This document shows positions 17,137 through 25,610 of a stretch of DNA of 64,000 nucleotides, one piece after another. Numbering within the stretch: the first letter of the stretch is position 1; the number at the start of each line of letters is the position of its first letter. A program made the translations under genes and the position numbers. The notes under the pieces were generated by a model. That model worked only from the letters and a program-made list of their open reading frames with translations, did no database searches and was not told the DNA's origin. Origin of the DNA: an uncultured Clostridia bacterium (GTDB lineage Bacteria; Bacillota; Clostridia; Oscillospirales; Ruminococcaceae); assembly GCA_944387995.1 (NCBI GenBank), contig CALXHB010000025.1, positions 5,458 through 69,457 on the forward strand. Reading direction: 5' to 3'.

Positions 17137-17766
17137 TTGGACGCCAAAACCTGTTTACAGAAATTACAGTACGTGGGAGTTCTCACCTTTGCCACTGTCG
17201 ACGCCGAAGGAGCCCCCCAGCTGCGCCAGATCAGCGCCATCCACTATGAGCCGGACGCCCTCTATTTCTTCACCGCCCGGGGAAAGGCGTTCTGCCGGCA
17301 GCTGCTGACAGACGGCCGGGTGCAGATTCTGGGGTACACCCGGTATAAAGAGATGATTCGGCTGTCGGGCCGGGCAACGCCGGTGCCGGATTCAGAGCAG
17401 AAGAGGTGGATGGACGTCATCTTTGCCGAACAGCCTTATCTGGCAAACGTCTACCCCGGCGACACCCGGGAAATCGGAATCATCTTTCAAATCCGGTCGG
17501 GAGAAATCGAATACTTTAACCTGGGGGTCCGCCCCATCCTTCGGGAGAACTACCCCCTGGGTCCAGGAAAGGTAGAACCCAAAGGTTACCGGATTACCGA
17601 TGCCTGTATCGGCTGCGGCCGGTGTTTAAGCCGGTGCCCTCAACGGTGCATCACGCCCGGCAAACCCTATGTCATCCAGCCGGAGTACTGCCTCCACTGT
17701 GGAGCCTGTATGGAAATTTGTCCGGTTCAAGCGGTCAAAAGGTGGGATCATAATGACGCAATCTGA
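17137..17766 (+). CDS. PNPOx-like (FMN-binding split-barrel) domain fused to a 2x[4Fe-4S] ferredoxin domain
   Basis: TTG start after AAGGAAGGA. The N-terminal ~150 aa resemble the pyridoxamine 5'-phosphate oxidase family. The C-terminus has CIGCGRCLSRCP and CLHCGACMEICP. Confidence 0.65.
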   Translation: MDAKTCLQKLQYVGVLTFATVDAEGAPQLRQISAIHYEPDALYFFTARGKAFCRQLLTDGRVQILGYTRYKEMIRLSGRATPVPDSEQKRWMDVIFAEQPYLANVYPGDTREIGIIFQIRSGEIEYFNLGVRPILRENYPLGPGKVEPKGYRITDACIGCGRCLSRCPQRCITPGKPYVIQPEYCLHCGACMEICPVQAVKRWDHNDAI

Positions 17767-18538
17767 AAAAAGAATCTGGCTAATCAAGGCCCTTCTAAAG
17801 GAAAATCCAGAGCTAAACGGGATGGAAATTCCCTCCGATACCCGGCAGCAGCAGGACCTGTTGCGGGCTTTGATGAATATCCGCCCGCCCAAGCCGATCA
17901 GCGAGGAATTTCTCACCATACAGGACGAATATCTCGGGGAGGAAGCCAGGCTTCGGGGGACCACCGAACTTTCCAGCCTGAGGCCGGTAGAGAACTCCAT
18001 CTACCTCTGGCAGGGAGACATCACCACCCTGAAGGTGGACGCCATCGTCAATGCGGCAAACGGAGCGCTGTTGGGATGCTTTTATCCTCTCCACGGCTGC
18101 ATCGACAACATCATCCATTCCCGGGCGGGTATCCAGCTGCGGCTCTACTGCCACCGGCTGATGACCGCGCAAGCCCACGAGGAACCCACCGGCCAGGCGA
18201 AAATCACCCCGGCCTTTAACCTCCCCAGCCGGTTTATCCTCCACACCGTCGGCCCGATCATCTCAGGGACCGTTTCCCCAAAAGACCGGGAACTGCTGGC
18301 CAGCTGTTACCGGTCCTGCCTCCGGTTGGCGGTGGAAAATAGATGCCAGAGCATCGCCTTCTGCTGCATTTCCACCGGCGAATTCCACTTTCCCCACGAT
18401 CTGGCCGCCCAAACGGCGGTGGAAACCGTCCGGTCCTTCCTGCAGGAGGATCAAAGCGGGCTGAAAGTCCTGTTTAACGTCTATAAAGATATCGACCGGG
18501 AGATCTACGAAACTTTATTGGGGGTACCCAAATGCTGA
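17753..18538 (+). CDS. macrodomain protein (ADP-ribose hydrolase, MacroD-type with N-terminal helical extension)
   Basis: DAIVNAANGALLG, HTVGP and CISTGEFHFP motifs. The start overlaps the preceding gene by 14 nt. Confidence 0.8.
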   Translation: MTQSEKRIWLIKALLKENPELNGMEIPSDTRQQQDLLRALMNIRPPKPISEEFLTIQDEYLGEEARLRGTTELSSLRPVENSIYLWQGDITTLKVDAIVNAANGALLGCFYPLHGCIDNIIHSRAGIQLRLYCHRLMTAQAHEEPTGQAKITPAFNLPSRFILHTVGPIISGTVSPKDRELLASCYRSCLRLAVENRCQSIAFCCISTGEFHFPHDLAAQTAVETVRSFLQEDQSGLKVLFNVYKDIDREIYETLLGVPKC

Positions 18539-19386
18539 ATATCCAAACCGAAACCGCCCTTTACCGGCTGCAAAAGGCCCTGGACCAGGCGGAAGCGGTG
18601 CTGATTGGCGCCGGATCAGGGCTTTCCTCCTCTGCGGGATTTGTCTACGATGGAGAGCGGTTTGAGCGGTATTTTGCCGATTTTGAAAAACAGTACGGCT
18701 TCCACGATATGTACACCGGCGGATTTTACCCCTTCAAAACGCCGGAAGAACGCTGGGCCTATTGGAGCCGGTTTATTCTAATAAACCGCTACATGGACCC
18801 GCCAAAACCGGTTTATCAGGAGCTGCGAAAGTTGGTGGAAAAGAAGGATTATTTTGTCCTCACCACCAACGTCGACCACTGCTTCCAAAAAGCCGGGTTT
18901 AAAAAGGAGCGCCTCTTTTACACCCAAGGGGATTACGGCCTGTGGCAGTGCTCCAAGCCCTGCTGTACCGAAACCTACGACAACGAGGACGCTGTCCGGC
19001 AGATGGTGGCCCGCCAGTCGGACATGCGGGTTCCTTCGGAACTCATCCCCCACTGCCCCCGCTGCGGCGCCCCGATGGCGATGAACCTCCGGGCAGACGA
19101 CACCTTTGTCCAGGATCAAGGCTGGTACGCCGCCGCGGAGCGGTACGAGGCATTTGTCCAGCGGCACCAGAACCAGGCCGTATTGTACCTGGAACTGGGG
19201 GTAGGCCTCAATACCCCCGGCATTATCAAATACAATTTCTGGCAGCAGGTCTACCAAAATCCCCGCTCGCTGTATGCCTGCATCAATGGGGGCCAGGCCT
19301 ACGCACCCAAAGAGATTGCCGGCCGGAGCATCTGTCTTAAGATGGATATTGGAGAGGCGCTGCAAAAATTGAACCTAGAGTCCTAA
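18532..19386 (+). CDS. Sir2-family protein, class-M-like (SirTM-type candidate ADP-ribosyltransferase)
   Basis: GAGSGLSSSAG and TTNVDH motifs, and Zn-ribbon Cys CSKPCC...CPRCG. The usual catalytic His position reads FYTQGDY (Gln, codon 18925-18927). The start overlaps the macro gene stop by 7 nt. Confidence 0.7.
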   Translation: MLNIQTETALYRLQKALDQAEAVLIGAGSGLSSSAGFVYDGERFERYFADFEKQYGFHDMYTGGFYPFKTPEERWAYWSRFILINRYMDPPKPVYQELRKLVEKKDYFVLTTNVDHCFQKAGFKKERLFYTQGDYGLWQCSKPCCTETYDNEDAVRQMVARQSDMRVPSELIPHCPRCGAPMAMNLRADDTFVQDQGWYAAAERYEAFVQRHQNQAVLYLELGVGLNTPGIIKYNFWQQVYQNPRSLYACINGGQAYAPKEIAGRSICLKMDIGEALQKLNLES

Positions 19387-19390
19387 ATAG

Positions 19391-19430
19391 AAAAAAGCCG
19401 TCTATGGGGTCTTCCCACAGACGGCTTTTG
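19391..19430. terminator. bidirectional intrinsic terminator
   Basis: A-run, GCCGTCTATGGG / CCCACAGACGGC stem, T-run, between convergent operons. Confidence 0.8.
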
Positions 19431-19435
19431 CTATT

Positions 19436-20467
19436 TTAGAGGGCGGAATCCGATTCCCCGCTCTCTTCTGTTTGAATTGGTTCCGATTCCTTCCCGGGGT
19501 CCAGGGTCACTGCCTCAATGATATACCGGGGACGGTTTTTAACCTCGCCGTAAATCTTCCCGATATACTCCCCCACCAGCCCCAAAGCCGAAAGGATCAG
19601 CCCGCAGCTTAGCCAGATAGAAACCAGTATGGCCGCTGTACCGGTGAGGGCATGGGTAATCAGATGGACGATGATGCAGACAATCCCTGCCACCGCCGAA
19701 CCAGCGGTCAGCAGAATCCCCAGGGTCAGCAGCAGCCCAATCGGCTTGACCGAGAAAGAGGTAATCCCGTCCCAAGCCAGCGCCAGCATCTTTTTTAACG
19801 GATACTTGCTTTCCCCGGCGAACCGCTCTGCCCGGGCATAGGTGACGGTGGAGGACTTGTAACCGATCTGGGGGACAATCCCCCGGAGAAAGAGGTTAAC
19901 TTCCCGGAAAGAAGAAAGCCCCTTTAACGCCCGGCGGCTCATCAGCCGGTAATCGGCGTGGTTAAATACCACTTCTACCCCCATCGCCGCCAGCAGTTTA
20001 TAAAACCCTTCGGCGGTAAACCGTTTAAAGAAGGTGTCCGTTTTCCGGGAAGAGCGGACGCCGTAGACGATGTCGCTGCCAGCTTTATACTCCTTCAGCA
20101 TTCCGTCCACCGCGCCGATGTCGTCCTGCAGGTCGGCGTCCATCGAGATGGTGCAGTCGCTCAGCGGCATCGCCGTCATCAGCCCCGCCAACAGGGCGTT
20201 TTGATGGCCGCGGTTGCGGGAGAGCTTCACCCCGCCGAACAGCGGGTCCGCTTTGGCGAGGGTCTCGATCATCTCCCAGGTGCGGTCCCGGCTGCCGTCG
20301 TTAACCAGCAGAATCCGGCTCTTGCGGTCGATTTCTCCGGCGGCCACCAGCCCCCGCATCTTCTCCCGCAGCCGTTTGGCCGTTTCCGGAAGGACCTCTT
20401 CCTCGTTGTAACAGGGAACGACTACATACAGTACCGGACATTCCCGGTTTAAAGACTCCAGTTCCAT
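19436..20467 (-). CDS. family 2 glycosyltransferase, GtrB/CsbB-like (polyprenyl-phosphate sugar synthase type)
   Basis: VVVPCYNEEE and DADLQDD motifs with two C-terminal TM helices. ATG 20467 is preferred over GTG 20476. Confidence 0.8.
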   Translation of the reverse strand: MELESLNRECPVLYVVVPCYNEEEVLPETAKRLREKMRGLVAAGEIDRKSRILLVNDGSRDRTWEMIETLAKADPLFGGVKLSRNRGHQNALLAGLMTAMPLSDCTISMDADLQDDIGAVDGMLKEYKAGSDIVYGVRSSRKTDTFFKRFTAEGFYKLLAAMGVEVVFNHADYRLMSRRALKGLSSFREVNLFLRGIVPQIGYKSSTVTYARAERFAGESKYPLKKMLALAWDGITSFSVKPIGLLLTLGILLTAGSAVAGIVCIIVHLITHALTGTAAILVSIWLSCGLILSALGLVGEYIGKIYGEVKNRPRYIIEAVTLDPGKESEPIQTEESGESDSAL

Positions 20468-20497
20468 CCAAAACACATCCTTTTGTATCGGTTTTGT

Positions 20498-22984
20498 TTA
20501 TTCCCGTTTCTTTTTGCGCGAATACCGGGTCAAAGGCCGGAGGACCGTGCGGGTATAGGCCCGGGAGAGCGGAATGTCCTCATCTCCGGCGTTTAGAAAG
20601 CTGTGCCGGTCGCAGCGGTCAAACCCCGCCGGATGAATCCCCTTCCTTTTCAGCAGGAACAGATACCCCGCCCAGAGGATAAAACCGATGCCGGTCAGGG
20701 CCGCCCCGGCTTTTAATCCGGGCGTCTCATAATCGAAGCGGATTTTGCTGGTGCCGGCGGGCACTTCCACCGCCATCATCCCGCAGTCGACATTTTCAAT
20801 CTCCACCGGCTGCCCATTGACCGTAGCCGTCCAGCCGGAATCCCAGGGAACGCTGAAAAAGACCAGTTCTGGCGTATCGCTGGTAAACACAGCCGTAAAG
20901 CCCGACTTGTCCCGGACAAAGGTGTCGCAGCTCTGCTTCCGGCGGTCGGCCGCCGCCTCCGAAAGGGCGCCTGCGGTCAGCGGAGCACCTTCTCCTTCCG
21001 GCAGGGGCTTCAACAGGTCGCCGTACTTTTCCACCTGTTCGTCGGTCAGATAGAGGGCTTTGACCAACAGCCGGTCCAGTTGGCCATCGGAACAGCTGTC
21101 GACCTCAGACTCGGTGATGTAGTAGTCGTAGGCGAAGCCCATCGGAATATAGTTTTCGTTCTCGTAGATATCGAGGTCGTTCTCGGTGGTGACATAGTGG
21201 AAACCCTCGATCTCCAGCTTGTCCGGCTCCTCATAGTTTAACAGGTACTTGCAGGAGGTCAGCGCCCGCAGCCCCATATAGGAGATGTCCGGTCGGGAAG
21301 CGACATCCCGGTCGATGCCCAAAAAATCATAGAAGGTGAAGATGGAGCCGGAAACCACCGACTGAAACGCCTGGATGGTGGGAATCTGCCAGAACATCGG
21401 GAAGTTGTCCAGAACCCGGGTGCCGTTGGAGTTGTAGGTGTCCACCCGGTAGACGTCGTCCCGTTCGGAAGCAATCGTCTCAAACTCGGCGTTTAACCCC
21501 ATATCCACCACCCGATGGACCGCAGTAGCGTTGCCCTTGCCGATGGACAGCATGATAATCGAGGTGGCGCAGATCATCAGCGAAAGGGAAAGGCATGCCG
21601 GCCGGACAAACTGCCGCTTCGGCAGCCGGATGAGGAAGCTGACGATAATCGCCGCCGCCAGCACAATCGCAAAGTAGGCCGCAAACCGTTCCGGATAGGA
21701 GATCAGCTGCCCAAAGACAATCTGATCGTCCTCCATCGACGGGAAAACCGCCACCACCGCAAACAACAGCACCCCGGCCATCGTCCAGCGGACGCCGCTC
21801 CGGAGGGTTTTGGTGTCCGCCTGTTCCAGGGCAATCGAGGTGGCCGCCGCCATCAGGAGCACAGGCATAAAATACCAGCGGGCATAGTAGGAAGAGTTAA
21901 AGAGGGAGAACGCGCTGTTTAAAATCGGAATCAGCGCGATAAACAGACTGATGCAGAGGAGCTTTTTAATCCAGGCAAACCGCTGCCCGTGGATCTTCAT
22001 GAAGGCGACCAGCCCCACCGTCGAGAAGAGCGGCAGGTACAAAGAGACGCTCGACCACTTGGCGTTGGAGTCGGGGAAGAGGTTCGGGTAAGCGGGAACG
22101 TCCGGCGGATAAAAGAGGCTGGACAGGATCAGCCCGTACCGCTGTTCGTTTCCATACAGAAGCCCGCTCCATCCTACGAGCCAGTTGTTCAGCCGGGGGT
22201 TGGAGAGCACCATCATAATGGCCGGGAGCAGCAGCACCATCGAGAGCACCAGCCCCAAAACCGCTTCCAGGGCAAAGAGGAAGAAGTTCGCGACCGTGAC
22301 CTTATATTCCTTCCGGGTGAAGGCGCAGACCACAAAGTAAAGGACGCAGAAGATCACTTCCCCAAAGAAGAAGTAATAGTTGACAATCGCCAGCAGTCCC
22401 ACCGCCAGGGGGAACACCCCCCGCCGGCCGTCCACAAAGTATTCCTCCATCGCGATGAGCAGCAGCGGGAAAAAGGCGATAACCTCGTGGAAATGGTTAA
22501 AGAAGATGTTGTAGATGCTGTAACCGGAGAAGGCGTACATCAGCGCCCCTAGAAAAGCGTAGTCGGGATTGCGGACAAACCGCCTCAGATACCCGAAGGA
22601 GGTGGTGGCCGCCGTCGCGATTTTCAGCATCATCAGCGGCGCCATCAGATAGGGCACCGCCGCGCTGGGGAAGGGAATCGTCAGCCAGAAAAAAGGCGAC
22701 CCCATCAGGTAAAAGGCGTAGGAACCGACAAAATTGGAACCCAAATCGGTGTACCAGTTCCAGCCCACTTCCCCCTGACGGATCATATCGTGGCACATCT
22801 GGTAAAAGGGGATCTGCTGGACGTTATAGTCCCCGTAGTAGACGAAAATTCCCTTGTCGATAATCAAAAAGGGCAGATAAATGACCGCCGCCAGAATAAG
22901 CGCCGTCAGAAACACCCGCAAATACTGCCGCCCGGGGGTTGCCTCCCGCAGCAGAGTGTATGATTGAACTTTCTGCTTATGCAC
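20498..22984 (-). CDS. YfhO family polytopic membrane glycosyltransferase
   Basis: 828 aa. N-terminus YYGDYNVQQIPFYQMCHDMIRQGEVGWNWYTDLGSNF is typical of YfhO. Many TM segments. GTG start with a GGGAGG RBS. Confidence 0.8.
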   Translation of the reverse strand: MHKQKVQSYTLLREATPGRQYLRVFLTALILAAVIYLPFLIIDKGIFVYYGDYNVQQIPFYQMCHDMIRQGEVGWNWYTDLGSNFVGSYAFYLMGSPFFWLTIPFPSAAVPYLMAPLMMLKIATAATTSFGYLRRFVRNPDYAFLGALMYAFSGYSIYNIFFNHFHEVIAFFPLLLIAMEEYFVDGRRGVFPLAVGLLAIVNYYFFFGEVIFCVLYFVVCAFTRKEYKVTVANFFLFALEAVLGLVLSMVLLLPAIMMVLSNPRLNNWLVGWSGLLYGNEQRYGLILSSLFYPPDVPAYPNLFPDSNAKWSSVSLYLPLFSTVGLVAFMKIHGQRFAWIKKLLCISLFIALIPILNSAFSLFNSSYYARWYFMPVLLMAAATSIALEQADTKTLRSGVRWTMAGVLLFAVVAVFPSMEDDQIVFGQLISYPERFAAYFAIVLAAAIIVSFLIRLPKRQFVRPACLSLSLMICATSIIMLSIGKGNATAVHRVVDMGLNAEFETIASERDDVYRVDTYNSNGTRVLDNFPMFWQIPTIQAFQSVVSGSIFTFYDFLGIDRDVASRPDISYMGLRALTSCKYLLNYEEPDKLEIEGFHYVTTENDLDIYENENYIPMGFAYDYYITESEVDSCSDGQLDRLLVKALYLTDEQVEKYGDLLKPLPEGEGAPLTAGALSEAAADRRKQSCDTFVRDKSGFTAVFTSDTPELVFFSVPWDSGWTATVNGQPVEIENVDCGMMAVEVPAGTSKIRFDYETPGLKAGAALTGIGFILWAGYLFLLKRKGIHPAGFDRCDRHSFLNAGDEDIPLSRAYTRTVLRPLTRYSRKKKRE

Positions 22985-23103
22985 AAAAGCGCCTCCCGCG
23001 CCTGCCGGGCAGCCACTTCCCGAGACAGGCAGTTATAGTCATGAACAGTATAACACGTTTTCAATGGAATAACATGAAGGATTGGTAAAATTTTCAGAGA
23101 CAG

Positions 23104-24756
23104 TCAACAATCGACTGCCCGATTTTCCGGCCGGGTGTCCGCAAGCCGGTAGAGGCTTCCTTCCAACCGGCAGCCCTCCATCTCCAACAGTTCCACCTTC
23201 TGCCGTCCTGGGTCCAGCGGCGCATTAAGAGCGCAGGCAAATCCGTCGTAAAACAGTTCGATACTCCCCCGGTCGGCAAAAATTCGCAGCTCCCCGCGGC
23301 CTTTCTCCGGCAGGTTATATACTCCCGTCGGGAAGAGCAGCTTTTGGCCCCCGTCCCGGATGGAGATAAGCACACCCCGCACCGAAAGGGTCAGCGCCCC
23401 CTCCCGCTCAAAGGCGAGACGTGCGGACAGTTCGAGGGAATCCCCTTTCAGCTTAGAAAGAGACTGGGAAATCTCTGCAAAATCGCCGGACAGAGAGCTT
23501 TCCTCTTCCCGCAGGGCGGCAACCGCCTCCGCGGGGGTCTTATACAAACGAGGGCCCTCTGGGGTGCTCCGTAGTTCCAGCTTCCAGGGAAGGCTCATAC
23601 AGCTGGCAAAGGACATCCCGGGGAAACGGGTTGGCAGCCAGGAGATTTGCAGCACCTCTCCCTCCGTCGTCCCGAAGAAGGTCTGGGGAGCGTAAGCGGC
23701 GGCATCGGTGAACATCTTGGGCCCGCCGGGGGTCAGCTGGGTGCAGCCTTTTATCAGCTGTCCGTGAACAAAATGACGCCCCTCAAACTGCCCCACCAGG
23801 TAGTTCTCCGGGGAGCCAAAATAGACCCAGTAGGGCTTATCCCGGTCCCCATCCAGATACAGCCGGAAGATGTCGGGACATTCGGCGGTATCGGGCAGGG
23901 TCATCGTCTCCCCCTGCTCCCAATGGAGCAGATCGTCGGAATAAAGGAGGGTGTAGTCGTTGTTCTCCAGATAGAGGGCCATCACCCAGCAGCCGGCCTC
24001 GGGAACCCACTGCACCTTCGGGTCCCGGTTCATCGGCACAATCTGGGGAACCACCGGCCCGTATTTGCGGAAGGTCCTCCCCCCGTCCACCGAATAGGCG
24101 ACGCACTGGTCGGTCTGGGGCCGCTGCCAGTCTTTGGGGAAGATCGGCTTGCCGTCGGCGTCCTTGGGGAAGTCCGGCCGGTACCGCATGCCGGTGGCGG
24201 TGTAAAAGAGCAGGACCGGCGGCTGGTCCCCCTCTCCCAGGCCGGAAACATTCTCCCGGTCGATGACGGCGCTGCCGGAAAAGATCAGCCCGTCCCGGTC
24301 GTCGGGACAGAGGGCCGGTTCCCGTTCGGTCCAGTGGAGCAGGTCCTCGCTGACAGCGTGGCCCCAGTGGGTGTTGCCGTGACCGAGGCCAAAGGGATTG
24401 AGCTGGAAAAACATGTGGTACTGCTGACCGTCGAAGTAGAGTCCGTTGGGGTCGTTCATAAAGCCCCTGGCGGGAGAAAAGTGGTTCAGCGGACGCATCG
24501 GTTCCCGATAAAGCTCCTCTTCCCCCAGACGGCGGCGGCTCAACTGCACCAGCGGGAGAAACTCCTCCGCCCCATCCCCCGACAGGGAGAAGGTGTAGTC
24601 CTCCATCTCCCCATCCGGCAGCGGCAGAGCGGCCCACATGTCGGGATGAGCCGAAAGGCCCAACTGTTCTTTGCCAACCTGCTGGCCTTTATAAAACACG
24701 GTGACAAAGCGGGCCGGGGCGTCCATCCGCACCGGCAGATTTAAGTAGATAGCCAT
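23104..24756 (-). CDS. glycoside hydrolase family 32 (beta-fructofuranosidase / sucrose-6-phosphate hydrolase type)
   Basis: Start refined to MAIYLNL after AGGAGG. FMNDPNG, NRDPKV and AECPD catalytic motifs. Confidence 0.85.
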   Translation of the reverse strand: MAIYLNLPVRMDAPARFVTVFYKGQQVGKEQLGLSAHPDMWAALPLPDGEMEDYTFSLSGDGAEEFLPLVQLSRRRLGEEELYREPMRPLNHFSPARGFMNDPNGLYFDGQQYHMFFQLNPFGLGHGNTHWGHAVSEDLLHWTEREPALCPDDRDGLIFSGSAVIDRENVSGLGEGDQPPVLLFYTATGMRYRPDFPKDADGKPIFPKDWQRPQTDQCVAYSVDGGRTFRKYGPVVPQIVPMNRDPKVQWVPEAGCWVMALYLENNDYTLLYSDDLLHWEQGETMTLPDTAECPDIFRLYLDGDRDKPYWVYFGSPENYLVGQFEGRHFVHGQLIKGCTQLTPGGPKMFTDAAAYAPQTFFGTTEGEVLQISWLPTRFPGMSFASCMSLPWKLELRSTPEGPRLYKTPAEAVAALREEESSLSGDFAEISQSLSKLKGDSLELSARLAFEREGALTLSVRGVLISIRDGGQKLLFPTGVYNLPEKGRGELRIFADRGSIELFYDGFACALNAPLDPGRQKVELLEMEGCRLEGSLYRLADTRPENRAVDC

Positions 24757-24776
24757 ATAAAGCCTCCTATGGGAAA

Positions 24777-24812
24777 ACAAAAAGCCTTCTGCATCTAGCA
24801 GAAGGCTTTTGG
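24777..24812 (-). terminator. intrinsic terminator after tRNA-Val copy 1
   Basis: Minus strand: AAAGCCTTCTGC-TAGAT-GCAGAAGGCTTT followed by TTGTTTT. Confidence 0.75.
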
Positions 24813-24817
24813 ACAAA

Positions 24818-24894
24818 TGGTGTGGATAAATGGACTTGAACCATCGACCCCCTGCATGTCAAGCAGGTACTCTAACCAGCTGAGCTATACCCAC
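24818..24894 (-). tRNA. tRNA-Val (anticodon GAC), copy 1
   Basis: Minus strand: GTGGGTATAGCTCAGCTGGTTAGAGTACCTGCTTGACATGCAGGGGGTCGATGGTTCAAGTCCATTTATCCACACCA. Anticodon loop TTGACAT. Confidence 0.9.
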
Positions 24895-24914
24895 ATTTTC
24901 TTGAGAACATTGGT

Positions 24915-24943
24915 ATTATAGCACAGTCGAAGGAGAATTGCAA
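24915..24943 (-). promoter_or_regulatory. sigma-70-type promoter of tRNA-Val copy 1
   Basis: Minus strand: TTGCAA, 17-nt spacer, TATAAT. Confidence 0.5.
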
Positions 24944-24977
24944 GGGGTTTTGGAAATTTTTTTGGCAAACCTTTCCG

Positions 24978-25535
24978 TTACACCTGGAAAGGCTTGCAGA
25001 TAATCTCGTTGACCCGGGTGTTGAGGATTTCCGCCGCATAGGAAGGGGTCACGACGCAGGCGGTGTCCGCCCCTCGTCCGCTGCCGCCGATGCAGACCAC
25101 CGGTTTGCCGAAGGGAATTTCCCCGGCGTCCAGGGCCATCACCGCAATTTCCACAGAGACTTTAACCCCCCGGGAAATCATCCGCAGGGTATCAGCCATC
25201 AGCTCCACCGGATAAATCCCGCCGTGGGCCTTGCTGATGCCCCGCTCGGCGCCGCTTAACACATGGGCGGCGGTAACGAGAGTGACCCCTTTCTCCCGCA
25301 GAGAAGCGGCGACCTCCTCATCCATCGGGTTCTTGCCGCCGGTGAAGGCCAGCCGCACATCCACCAGTTTTCCTTTAAACCCCTTGGCGGCCGCCATCTC
25401 CACCAGCCTCAGGGCGGTATCCCCCCGGCTGGAAGCGACGACGATATCGGTGTCCAGCTCCATGGCCCGCTCGAGAGCTGCGGTCAGGGTCTCTTCGGTG
25501 TTTTCCGGACCGATTTTTTCAAAGACTTTGTGCAT
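24978..25535 (-). CDS. stand-alone pyruvate kinase alpha/beta (C-terminal) domain-like protein
   Basis: 185 aa. GPENTEETL...VVASSRGDTA...VLSGAERGI...KVSVEIAVMALDAG...IGGSGRGADTA...EIICKP matches my recollection of this small family. Confidence 0.65.
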   Translation of the reverse strand: MHKVFEKIGPENTEETLTAALERAMELDTDIVVASSRGDTALRLVEMAAAKGFKGKLVDVRLAFTGGKNPMDEEVAASLREKGVTLVTAAHVLSGAERGISKAHGGIYPVELMADTLRMISRGVKVSVEIAVMALDAGEIPFGKPVVCIGGSGRGADTACVVTPSYAAEILNTRVNEIICKPFQV

Positions 25536-25610
25536 AAGGGATACCTCCTGTCGGTTTCGGTCGATGTGATCTATGGATATTTCCAGTATACCACTTTCCG
25601 CGGACAGGTG

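Noticed and set aside
24978-25535. Pyruvate kinase C-terminal-like ORF considered as a truncated pyruvate kinase pseudogene.
   Set aside because: It has its own AGGAGG RBS and ATG and an intact 185-aa frame. It matches my recollection of a stand-alone protein family, and there is no upstream PK barrel-domain remnant.
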